Assembly: GCA_001796495.1 (NCBI GenBank)
Contig: MGMR01000111.1
Span: 1 to 34,051, forward strand
DNA: 34,051 nt
Direction of reading: 5' to 3'
Origin: Chloroflexi bacterium RBG_13_51_18
Lineage (GTDB): Bacteria; Chloroflexota; Dehalococcoidia; Dehalococcoidales; RBG-16-60-22
A program made the translations under genes and the position numbers. This document shows positions 1 through 7,649 of this stretch, one piece after another. Each line of letters begins with the position of its first letter. Within the stretch, counting starts at the first letter, position 1. The notes beneath the pieces were generated by a model, which worked only from the letters and a program-made list of their open reading frames with translations, had not been told where the DNA came from and searched no databases.

Positions 1-41
1 CAAAATAATTTATCTTAAATCAGGGAGGTTGTCAATTAAGA

Positions 42-118
42 TGGTGGGCGGTACAGGACTCGAACCTGTGGCCTTCAGTGTGTGATACTGACGCTCTAAC
101 CAGCTGAGCTAACCGCCC
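42..118 (-). tRNA. tRNA-Val (anticodon CAC), 77 nt, CCA encoded
   Basis: The reverse complement reads GGGCGGTTAGCTCAGCTGGTTAGAGCGTCAGTATCACACACTGAAGGCCACAGGTTCGAGTCCTGTACCGCCCACCA. It has a 7-bp acceptor stem (GGGCGGT/ACCGCCC), D arm GCTC/GAGC, anticodon stem TCAGT/ACTGA with loop AT-CAC-AC, T arm ACAGG-TTCGAGT-CCTGT, discriminator A and a terminal CCA. Confidence 0.93.
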
Positions 119-137
119 GCGGAGTGGCTGCTTTTAA

Positions 138-166
138 ATTCTAAGGAATAAAGCGCACAAAATCAA
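138..166 (-). promoter_or_regulatory. Candidate sigma70-type promoter for tRNA-Val
   Basis: The minus strand reads TTGATT (161..166), a 17-nt spacer, then TAGAAT (138..143). This lies about 19 nt upstream of the mature tRNA 5-prime end. Found by eye only. Confidence 0.35.
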
Positions 167-193
167 GCCTTATTGCTTTTTATTTTGTTATCA

Positions 194-223
194 TTGACGC
201 CGCAGTTCTAAAAAAGCTATTAT
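194..223 (+). promoter_or_regulatory. Candidate promoter of the etfB operon
   Basis: TTGACG (194..199), an 18-nt spacer, then TATTAT (218..223), about 60 nt upstream of the ATG at 283. Confidence 0.4.
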
Positions 224-282
224 CTAACGGACTTACAAAGTAAAATATCTTTTTTTAACGATTAACCGGCGAAGGGATATCC

Positions 283-1074
283 ATGCTCACCATCATCGTC
301 TGCGTTAAAGTGGTCACCGACCCCGAAGCGCCTGCATCAACGTTTAAAATCGATGCCGAGGGGCTTAAGGTTATCCCAGGCCAGGGCGTACCGCCGGTGC
401 TTAATCCCTACGATGAAAATGCCCTTGAAGCCGCCCTGAAAATCAAGGAGTCGCAACCTGCCAGGATAACTGTCATCAGTGCCGGCAAGTCCATACCCAA
501 GGCGGTGATAAAGAAAAGCCTGGCGGTGGGCGCGGACGAACTCATCCTCATCGAAGACGAAGCCTTGGAGGATGCCGATGCTTATACTACCGCTTTTATT
601 CTATCGGCGGTGGTGAAAAAGGCGGGGGCGTTCGACCTTATTCTGACGGGCAGGATAGCGGCGGACACCAACGCCGGCCAGGTGGGGGCGGGCCTGGCGG
701 AAATACTCGGCATTCCCTGCGTCCCCGACGCCCGGAAAATCGAGGTCAGGGACGGCCAGGCAAGTATCGAACGCGTCACAGCCGACGGTTATGCGATGGT
801 TGCGGTTGCTCTACCCTGCCTGATAGCCGTCAGCCACGAACTGGGCGAATTACGACAGGCAACAGTTAAAGGCCTGATGGCGGCCCAGAAACAGCCCTTC
901 ACCACCTGGAAGATTAGCGACCTGGGCGTGATTACGGAGGTGGGTGGGAGGAGCAAAGCACGGCGGCTTTTCATACCGGAAAGAAGAGTTAATTGTGAAA
1001 TAATCCCGGGGGATACCCCTGAGCAAGCCGGGGCCAACCTGGCAGCGGCACTACGGCAAGACAAACAAATTTAG
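283..1074 (+). CDS. etfB: Electron transfer flavoprotein beta subunit (EtfB family)
   Basis: 263 aa. The N-terminus MLTIIVCVKVVTDPEA...LNPYDENALEAALKIKE is typical of the ETF beta / adenine-nucleotide alpha-hydrolase-like domain, and the length is typical for EtfB. No etfA ORF is adjacent. Confidence 0.85.
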   Translation: MLTIIVCVKVVTDPEAPASTFKIDAEGLKVIPGQGVPPVLNPYDENALEAALKIKESQPARITVISAGKSIPKAVIKKSLAVGADELILIEDEALEDADAYTTAFILSAVVKKAGAFDLILTGRIAADTNAGQVGAGLAEILGIPCVPDARKIEVRDGQASIERVTADGYAMVAVALPCLIAVSHELGELRQATVKGLMAAQKQPFTTWKISDLGVITEVGGRSKARRLFIPERRVNCEIIPGDTPEQAGANLAAALRQDKQI

Positions 1075-1119
1075 CTGTTTGTTTCAGTCCTGTAATAAAT
1101 AATCAAGGAGGGAAACAAG

Positions 1120-2436
1120 ATGTTAGACCAGTCAAGTCAATGGTACAAACTGCAATACCCGGAGTGTTTTGTCGATGAAGAAGCGCGCATGCTGCAAAAG
1201 ACACTATCAGATTTTGTTGATAAGGAAATCATTCCGGTCCGTGATAAAATCGATGACGATGTGACGCATAATGAAATCATCAACCCGATTCTTAAAAAAT
1301 TACAGGTCGATTTGGGCTGCCAGAAGAACATGATACCTAAAGATTACGGCGGGAATGAGATGCTTTCCATCGTGGCGGGCGCTTTGAAACAGGAACAGAT
1401 AGCGCGCGGCGATTACGGCATAAGTATGCACAGTGCCGTTACCGACTGGGGATGGACACCGGCTACACTGGGTTATCTGATGGCCCCTACCCCGGAAGCG
1501 AAAGCATGGGGTAAGGCGGTGCTGGATGAATTCGCTCCCATGTTCGTCGGCAACGAACATCGCGCCGCCTGTTTCAACATGAGCGAACCCGAGTCCGCCT
1601 GCGACATCGAGAACCTGACCAATGAAGGTAAAACCATAGGCGTCAGGGCTAAGCTGGAAGGTGATGAATGGGTCATCAACGGCAACAAGTTCTGGGCATC
1701 CAACGCCGGTGTAGCCGACCTCAACTGCGTGATTTGCAACATGGACCCGAAACAGGGGAAAGACGGCTTCGCTCTGATTTACGTACCCGAGCCCTGGCCG
1801 GGAGTGTCCCACGGGAAATTCGAGGTAAAGTGCGGCATGCAGGCCGATAGAAACACCTCGACATATTTTGATAACGTGCGGGTGCCCAAGTCATGGGGAC
1901 TGCAGGGGCCGGTGGCCTGGTCTATCTTTGAAACAACGGTGTCGGCGCCCCTGCCGCTGAATTCGGGACACGCCATAGGTATCCTGCAGGGCGCCTTGGA
2001 TGTGCTGCTTGACTATACCGGCCAGCGGGTGGCCGGAGGGAGAACGGTTAACCAGCACCTTTCCGCGGCCATGATTCTGGGAGAGATAGCCTCGTTCGTT
2101 ACCATTGGAAGAGCCGCCTTCCTGGAACTGGCCCACGAGTACGACCACATGGATGTTTATGGCCTGTGGAATACGAACAGCATGGTGGCCAAGGGGCATG
2201 CCGTGCACGCTTACATCACCAGGACTGTGCCGGAACTAATCCTAAAGGGTATGGAAGTCATGGGCTGTTACGGCTATATCCGTGAAAATCACTATGAGAA
2301 ATATTACCGCGATTCCGCCGTGGCCAAGCTGGTAATGGGCGGCAGCCATATAGGTTATTTCTCCGTATGTAATCAGTTTTATGACCTGGAATACTCTTCA
2401 TTCGGCCCGGGAAAGCTAAAAGACCCAACGAAATAG
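1120..2436 (+). CDS. Acyl-CoA dehydrogenase-fold flavoprotein, atypical (canonical catalytic Glu missing)
   Basis: 438 aa with RBS AAGGAGG. There is an ACAD-like C-terminal signature EVMGCYGYIRENHYEKYYRD. The usual YEGT motif is VMGG (Met codon at 2335..2337), and the first ACAD signature reads MSEPESACD where the usual sequence resembles LTEPGAGSD. Confidence 0.75.
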   Translation: MLDQSSQWYKLQYPECFVDEEARMLQKTLSDFVDKEIIPVRDKIDDDVTHNEIINPILKKLQVDLGCQKNMIPKDYGGNEMLSIVAGALKQEQIARGDYGISMHSAVTDWGWTPATLGYLMAPTPEAKAWGKAVLDEFAPMFVGNEHRAACFNMSEPESACDIENLTNEGKTIGVRAKLEGDEWVINGNKFWASNAGVADLNCVICNMDPKQGKDGFALIYVPEPWPGVSHGKFEVKCGMQADRNTSTYFDNVRVPKSWGLQGPVAWSIFETTVSAPLPLNSGHAIGILQGALDVLLDYTGQRVAGGRTVNQHLSAAMILGEIASFVTIGRAAFLELAHEYDHMDVYGLWNTNSMVAKGHAVHAYITRTVPELILKGMEVMGCYGYIRENHYEKYYRDSAVAKLVMGGSHIGYFSVCNQFYDLEYSSFGPGKLKDPTK

Positions 2437-2455
2437 CAATAAGGAGGACAGGAAA

Positions 2456-3898
2456 ATGCTACAGGCAGTCACCTCCGAACTGATCGAACAACTGGAAAAA
2501 ATCGTCGGCAGCCAGTTCGTCTCGACCAATGCGGCCGACCTTTATATCTATTCTTACGACCTTACTCCTGCCGAGCCCCACTCGCCAGACATCGTCGTTC
2601 TGCCGCAGTCGGTTGAAGGGGTACAGGCAATTCTCAAGCTGGCCAACCGGGAAAACATTCCGGTGATTCCCTATATCGCCGGCGGCAATGTGGGCGGGCT
2701 GACCATCCCCCTCAACGGCGGTATCATGCTTGACCTAAAGAGAATGAACAGAATAATCGAGGTCAGCGAGGACGACATGTATGCGCTGGTCGAACCCGGC
2801 GTTACTTTCGGACAGATGAAATCCTACCTGACTAACAACCACCCCACACTCAAATACACATACGCCTTTTCGCCGCCATCTACAGGTGTTATCGCCAATG
2901 CCCTGGTGCAGGGGTTGGATAATCTTTCGTTCCGTTACGGCGCCGCGTCGCACTGGGTCACGGGACTGGAAGTGGCGCTGGCTACCGGCGAGTTGGTAAG
3001 AATCGGCTCCTGCGCCGCCAGCAAGACCTGGCAGGCTATCGTGCCCTTCCCCGAGATAGGCGGACTTTTCCTGGGCTGGCAGGGCGCCACCGGCGTCGTC
3101 ACCAAGATGGCGGTCAGCCTCTGGCCCAATCCGCCCTATAATAATGCTCTGACCTACATGCCGATGGACCTCGAAGGCGCCGACGCGATTTTACGGTCGA
3201 TTATCCGCACACGCATCCCGGACGACCTTATCGGCACGTCATTCACATTGAATAAAGCGGGTGTAGCGGCTTACGAACACCGCAAGATGGACCTCTACCC
3301 GGCGGTAAAGCGCGAAGGCGATGAACCGGAATTCGTTATAACCGCCGAAATCACCGGCAACACGGAAAAAGAGCTGGATGCTAAGGCCGAAGCCCTTAGC
3401 GAAGCCGTGGAAGCCGGGTGCAAAGGGTATAAATTTACCGGCCCGGAAACCGTGCCGAGCACCACCGCCGCTTTCCCGATGCAGGCGCTGGGGGTTTTAA
3501 GTTCCGGCGGCGGACTGATGTGGGTGGGCACATACGGACCCATGAGCCGCTGGCTGGAAACGGTAAAAAAAGGCTGTGAACTCCAGGATAAATACGATAT
3601 TACCCGCTCCTGCTATACCCGCATCATGAACGAGGGCCACTTTGCCGGGCTGCGCTGGATGCTCCCCTACGATAAAGGCGACCCCGCCCTGATAGAGCGT
3701 ATCAATGACCTGTGCGCGGAGCAACTTGAACTGGTACTGGAGACAGGCTATATCCCTTACAAGACGCCGGTATGGGCGGTCAGAAAACTCGAAGAAAGGG
3801 TCAGTCCGGGCTGGCTTACGCTGCACCGTCGCATTAAAGCTATCCTCGACCCTAACAACATCATGAATCCCGGCCGCTGGGGTATGCCCCGCGAATAA
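2456..3898 (+). CDS. FAD-linked oxidase/dehydrogenase (GlcD / D-lactate dehydrogenase-like, PCMH-type FAD domain)
   Basis: 480 aa with RBS AAGGAGG. It shows an N-terminal FAD_binding_4-like pattern (VVLPQSVEGVQAILKLANRENIPVIPYIAGGNVGG) and the typical tail LDPNNIMNPGRW. Confidence 0.85.
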   Translation: MLQAVTSELIEQLEKIVGSQFVSTNAADLYIYSYDLTPAEPHSPDIVVLPQSVEGVQAILKLANRENIPVIPYIAGGNVGGLTIPLNGGIMLDLKRMNRIIEVSEDDMYALVEPGVTFGQMKSYLTNNHPTLKYTYAFSPPSTGVIANALVQGLDNLSFRYGAASHWVTGLEVALATGELVRIGSCAASKTWQAIVPFPEIGGLFLGWQGATGVVTKMAVSLWPNPPYNNALTYMPMDLEGADAILRSIIRTRIPDDLIGTSFTLNKAGVAAYEHRKMDLYPAVKREGDEPEFVITAEITGNTEKELDAKAEALSEAVEAGCKGYKFTGPETVPSTTAAFPMQALGVLSSGGGLMWVGTYGPMSRWLETVKKGCELQDKYDITRSCYTRIMNEGHFAGLRWMLPYDKGDPALIERINDLCAEQLELVLETGYIPYKTPVWAVRKLEERVSPGWLTLHRRIKAILDPNNIMNPGRWGMPRE

Positions 3899-3928
3899 TC
3901 CTTAACCCGCATATCTAAGGAGGACACC

Positions 3929-5104
3929 ATGTCTCTGAAAGACCTGCAGGAATGGCTCTACGGGTGCACGCACTGCGGCACCTGCAAGGATATCCTAAAT
4001 ACCTTCGCCCCCGCATGCCCGGCCGGTGAAAAATACCAGCTGGAGTCCTATTTCCCTTCCGGGAAAATGCTCATCGCCCGCGGGTTTGTGAATGGGGTTC
4101 TAACGCTGGACGACGATGATACACGCGAACGCATCTATGCCTGTACCGGCTGCCTTTCTTGCGAGCAGCAGTGCGGCGTTTACCATCACCAGCATATCTT
4201 CGACACCGTGCAGGCGCTCCGTTCGGAGTCGGTCATGCAGGGCAACCTCAACCCTGCCTACATGGTCATGGTGGAAAGCCTGAAAAAGGACGATAACGTT
4301 TTCGGGAAACCCAAGGCGGAACGCAGAGAATGGGCTAAAGACCTGAAACTCAAGGACGCCGCCAAGGAAAACACGGAAGTTATCTATCACGCCGGCTGCA
4401 TGCTCTCCTTCGACGCCGACCTGTGGGAAATCCCCCGCAGCGCTGTAAAGCTTATAAAAGCCGCCGGTGTTGATGTGGGTATCATGGGGGTGGAAGAGTC
4501 CTGCTGCGGCGGACGGGCTTATGAAATCGGCTATGACGGCGAGTTCACCAAGTACGCGGAGCATTTTATAGAGACCTTTAATTCCCTGGGCACCAAAAAG
4601 GTCGTTACATCATGTTCGGACGGCTACAGCACCTTTAAAAATCTCTATCCTAAAGTAAATATAGAGATGAAATTCGACACCCTGCACATGGTCGAGTACC
4701 TCGAATCGTTAATAAATGACAATAAACTAAAACTCCACAAGAAAGTGCCGCTTAAAGTTACCTACCACGACCCCTGCCACCTGGGCAGGCATCTGGGTGA
4801 AAAAGGCGTTTACAATGCGCCGCGCAACGTCCTCCAGAATATCCCGGGCATCGAGCTGGCGGAAATGGAACGCAACCGTGAGAACGCCTGGTGCTGCGGG
4901 GCCGGGGCCGGCGTAAGCCAGGAAAATCCCGACCTAGCGTTGTGGACTGCAAATGAAAGAATAAAAGAAGCCCGGGCAACGGGCGCCAAAGCGCTGGTTA
5001 CCGCCTGTCCCTGGTGCGTGAGGAACTTTAAAGACGCCGTGAAAAAATACGGCGAAGAAATAGAAATTTACGATATAGCCGAAATAGCCTGCAAAGCGCT
5101 GTGA
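3929..5104 (+). CDS. (Fe-S)-binding oxidoreductase with two CCG domains (GlcF / HdrD-like)
   Basis: 391 aa with RBS AAGGAGG. It has two ferredoxin-type motifs (CTHCGTCKD...CP and CTGCLSCEQQCG) and two CCG-type motifs (ESCCGG, NAWCCGAGAG ... CPWC). Confidence 0.85.
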   Translation: MSLKDLQEWLYGCTHCGTCKDILNTFAPACPAGEKYQLESYFPSGKMLIARGFVNGVLTLDDDDTRERIYACTGCLSCEQQCGVYHHQHIFDTVQALRSESVMQGNLNPAYMVMVESLKKDDNVFGKPKAERREWAKDLKLKDAAKENTEVIYHAGCMLSFDADLWEIPRSAVKLIKAAGVDVGIMGVEESCCGGRAYEIGYDGEFTKYAEHFIETFNSLGTKKVVTSCSDGYSTFKNLYPKVNIEMKFDTLHMVEYLESLINDNKLKLHKKVPLKVTYHDPCHLGRHLGEKGVYNAPRNVLQNIPGIELAEMERNRENAWCCGAGAGVSQENPDLALWTANERIKEARATGAKALVTACPWCVRNFKDAVKKYGEEIEIYDIAEIACKAL

Positions 5105-5115
5105 GGAATGCTTTT

Positions 5116-5724
5116 ATGAAAATCGCTGATATAATCGATTGCGTCGATTTTCCCTGCAAAGACATCGATACAAACAGCTATATCCTGCCGTTTGCAGAAA
5201 TAGAAACAGAAAAGATAAAAATCCTCATGATAACGGAAGCCCCGCCTAATGACAAGGCAGACTATTTTTACGCCCCGGGCAGTCCGTTCTACCTCCAGAA
5301 CACCATCCAGGCTTTCAAAGATGCAGGTGCCGATGTTGCTTCCATGCAGGATATCCTCAACCTGGGTGTTTATATTACTACGGCCATTAAATGCGGCAAG
5401 ACGCAGTACGCCGTTTCCCCGGAAACCATGAAAAACTGCTCTAAATTGCTGGGGCAGGAAATTTCTTTATTCCCAAATGTTAAAGTATTCATGCTCGGCG
5501 GTGACGTAGCCATAAAAATGATGAATGCTATCTGGAAGCAAAAAACGGGGAAGAGAGTGATACCAGCCGGCTCCACCTATAAAATCCGGGGGCAGGCATA
5601 CCATTACGGCGATATTAGAGTCATGCCTTCATATACCCCGGCGGGTAAAAACTTCCTCATTGAAAAGTCAAAAAGAATGATGGTGGCGGAGGACATAAGG
5701 GAGGCTTTAAGACTTGCTCTTTGA
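5116..5724 (+). CDS. Uracil-DNA-glycosylase-superfamily fold protein, divergent motifs
   Basis: The ORF is open from the GTG at 5101, which overlaps the upstream stop. I prefer the ATG at 5116 because GAGGA lies 8 nt upstream. Motif A-like ITEAPPN and motif B-like VMPSYTPAG match UDG family 4/5 spacing, but the conserved Gly and His residues are replaced. Confidence 0.55.
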   Translation: MKIADIIDCVDFPCKDIDTNSYILPFAEIETEKIKILMITEAPPNDKADYFYAPGSPFYLQNTIQAFKDAGADVASMQDILNLGVYITTAIKCGKTQYAVSPETMKNCSKLLGQEISLFPNVKVFMLGGDVAIKMMNAIWKQKTGKRVIPAGSTYKIRGQAYHYGDIRVMPSYTPAGKNFLIEKSKRMMVAEDIREALRLAL

Positions 5725-5727
5725 GCT

Positions 5728-6663
5728 CTAGTTCCTGGCAGCCTGCGCCGTCGATTTTTCGCGTTTATTGTCCAGAGTTTTCCTGACAAGCTCAACAAAT
5801 TTCTGCGCCATCGGGTGCTCGGGAGCATCGGCGCGCAGCAGCGCTTCCGCCCCTATCAAGATACTGTTGGACAACGGCAGTATTTTAAGTCGCCCGTCGG
5901 CGATAGACCTTTCCACGCTTTTGATATGATGGACGCCAACCCCCTCGCCTTTTTCCACCAGGTTAATGCCCCATTCAGAGCTGTCTACTTCAACGATGAT
6001 GGGAGACGGCATGTGGCAGCCCCCCAGCCTGATTTTCTTAAGTATCAGCTGGCGCGTGGCGGATGTTTCCGGGCCCAGTATCAGCGGGTAGCCGCAGAGG
6101 TTGGCGAAGGCCAGGCGCGGCCTTTGTGCAATGGCGCTGGATGGTGATGCTACCAGCACCAGCTGTTCCTCGGTGGATAGTGTGATGGACTTTAACTTGG
6201 GATTGCCGTAATCCGTGCTGACCACTATTCCTAGGTCGACATCACAATCCAAGACAGCTTCGGCAATCTCGAAAGAAGAGGCGCTCTTGATTATCAACTT
6301 TACACGGGGGTAGGACTTTTCAAAAGCGGACGCGGCTGAAGCGAGGCAGGTGCTGAAAGTGGTGGATATACCCACGCGCAGGCTGGCCTCTTTAAGGTTT
6401 TCTAGGTACTTTTCGGCGCCGTTCATCTGCCGGTAAATCTCGCCGGCATATTTATACAGTCCGGCCCCTGCCTGGGTCAGGAACACCTTCTGCCTTTTTA
6501 CTTCGATGAGTTTCAGACCGACATTACGTTCCAGCGACCTTATATGGTAGGTAACGGTAGGCTGGGTGAGACACAACTTTTCCGCCGCAGCGGTAATGCT
6601 CTCTTCGCTGGCAACGTAATAAAAAACGATAAGGCTGTGCAGGTCTAATTTTGAAGGCGTCAT
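5728..6663 (-). CDS. LysR-family transcriptional regulator
   Basis: The wHTH sequence DLHSLIVFYYVASEESITAAAEKLCLTQPTVTYHIRSLE is followed by a LysR substrate-binding-type domain. The track ORF extends to 6792. I prefer the internal ATG at 6663 (MTPSKLDLH...) because LysR HTH domains start within about 5 residues of the N-terminus and a promoter-like site lies inside the extension. Confidence 0.85.
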   Translation of the reverse strand: MTPSKLDLHSLIVFYYVASEESITAAAEKLCLTQPTVTYHIRSLERNVGLKLIEVKRQKVFLTQAGAGLYKYAGEIYRQMNGAEKYLENLKEASLRVGISTTFSTCLASAASAFEKSYPRVKLIIKSASSFEIAEAVLDCDVDLGIVVSTDYGNPKLKSITLSTEEQLVLVASPSSAIAQRPRLAFANLCGYPLILGPETSATRQLILKKIRLGGCHMPSPIIVEVDSSEWGINLVEKGEGVGVHHIKSVERSIADGRLKILPLSNSILIGAEALLRADAPEHPMAQKFVELVRKTLDNKREKSTAQAARN

Positions 6664-6763
6664 TCTTTCAAACTGCCCGGCCGGGAACCAGGTAAAACTC
6701 TCCCTCTTTAAAAAACAACATTCCCTGCTTTCGCTGCTTACGCGGAACGCAGGAGTGTTCTCT

Positions 6764-6792
6764 ATAATATCATAGATACAATTGTGTTGCAA
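6764..6792 (-). promoter_or_regulatory. Candidate promoter of the LysR gene
   Basis: The minus strand reads TTGCAA (6787..6792), a 17-nt spacer, then TATTAT (6764..6769). Confidence 0.4.
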
Positions 6793-6892
6793 TTTTTGTT
6801 ACAAGACCCCTGTTTCTGCCTGAAATTGGTTTATTTTTTCGCTATTTTCCTGCGGAATCCTTGCATTTTTCTCTACAAATCGCTAATATGTG

Positions 6893-6921
6893 TTGAAACA
6901 TAATTGCCTGCAACGTATAAT
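6893..6921 (+). promoter_or_regulatory. Candidate promoter of the corrinoid protein / methyltransferase operon
   Basis: TTGAAA (6893..6898), a 17-nt spacer, then TATAAT (6916..6921). A small palindrome GCAGCAATAGCTGC follows, and the ATG at 6976 has RBS AGGAGG. Confidence 0.45.
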
Positions 6922-6975
6922 AAGTCGCAGCAATAGCTGCTAAAAGTCGGTATTAAGGAACAGGAGGTAATAAAA

Positions 6976-7608
6976 ATGGCCAAGGATTTAGCCAAGGCGC
7001 TGGCCGACCTCAAAGAAGATGAGGCGGTGGCAATCGCCAGGGAAAAGCTGGATGCGGGGGCCGACCCCATGGGCATCCTCAACGATGCGGGGAAAGGCAT
7101 GGAGGTAGTAGGCGTACGCTTTTCCAAGGGCGAGTATTTTATACCGGACCTGGTCTACTCCGGAGAAATACTCAAGAGAATCAATGAGATAGTCAAACCC
7201 AAACTCACCGGGGGCGTAGCTAAGAAAACCGGCGGTAAGGTAATCATCGCTACGGTAGCCGGCGATATCCATGATATCGGCAAGGATATTGTGGTCTTCA
7301 TGCTCGATGTCAGCGGCTTCGAGGTCTATGACATGGGCGTGGATGTGCCGGTACAGAAAATCGTCGAAAAGATAAAGGAAACCGGCTCTACCGTGGTTGG
7401 CTTGAGCGGCTTCCTGACACTAGCTTATGACGCGATGAAACAGACTATCGACGCCATCAGCAAGGCAGGCTTGAGAGAAAAGACCAAGGTTATGATAGGC
7501 GGCGGCCAGATAACTCAGGAAATCGTCAAATATACCGGCGCCGATGCCTATGGAAAAGACGCCGTCGAGGGCGTTGCTTTAGCCAGGAAATGGCTGGTCG
7601 CAAAATAA
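6976..7608 (+). CDS. Cobalamin-binding corrinoid protein (MtaC/MtbC/MtmC-like methyltransferase partner)
   Basis: 210 aa. An N-terminal helical cap is followed by a Rossmann-like B12 domain carrying the DxHxxG motif (GDIHDIGKD), SxL (GLSGFLTLA) and GG (MIGGGQI). Confidence 0.9.
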   Translation: MAKDLAKALADLKEDEAVAIAREKLDAGADPMGILNDAGKGMEVVGVRFSKGEYFIPDLVYSGEILKRINEIVKPKLTGGVAKKTGGKVIIATVAGDIHDIGKDIVVFMLDVSGFEVYDMGVDVPVQKIVEKIKETGSTVVGLSGFLTLAYDAMKQTIDAISKAGLREKTKVMIGGGQITQEIVKYTGADAYGKDAVEGVALARKWLVAK

Positions 7609-7649
7609 CTATTTAGTCGTAAATTATTATAAATACAAGGAGGCCAAAA

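Noticed and set aside
1-282. tRNA-Val as a genomic-island integration site
   Set aside because: The tRNA 3-prime end points out of the window to the left. No integrase, and no obvious direct repeat of the tRNA 3-prime end, was seen on the window side.
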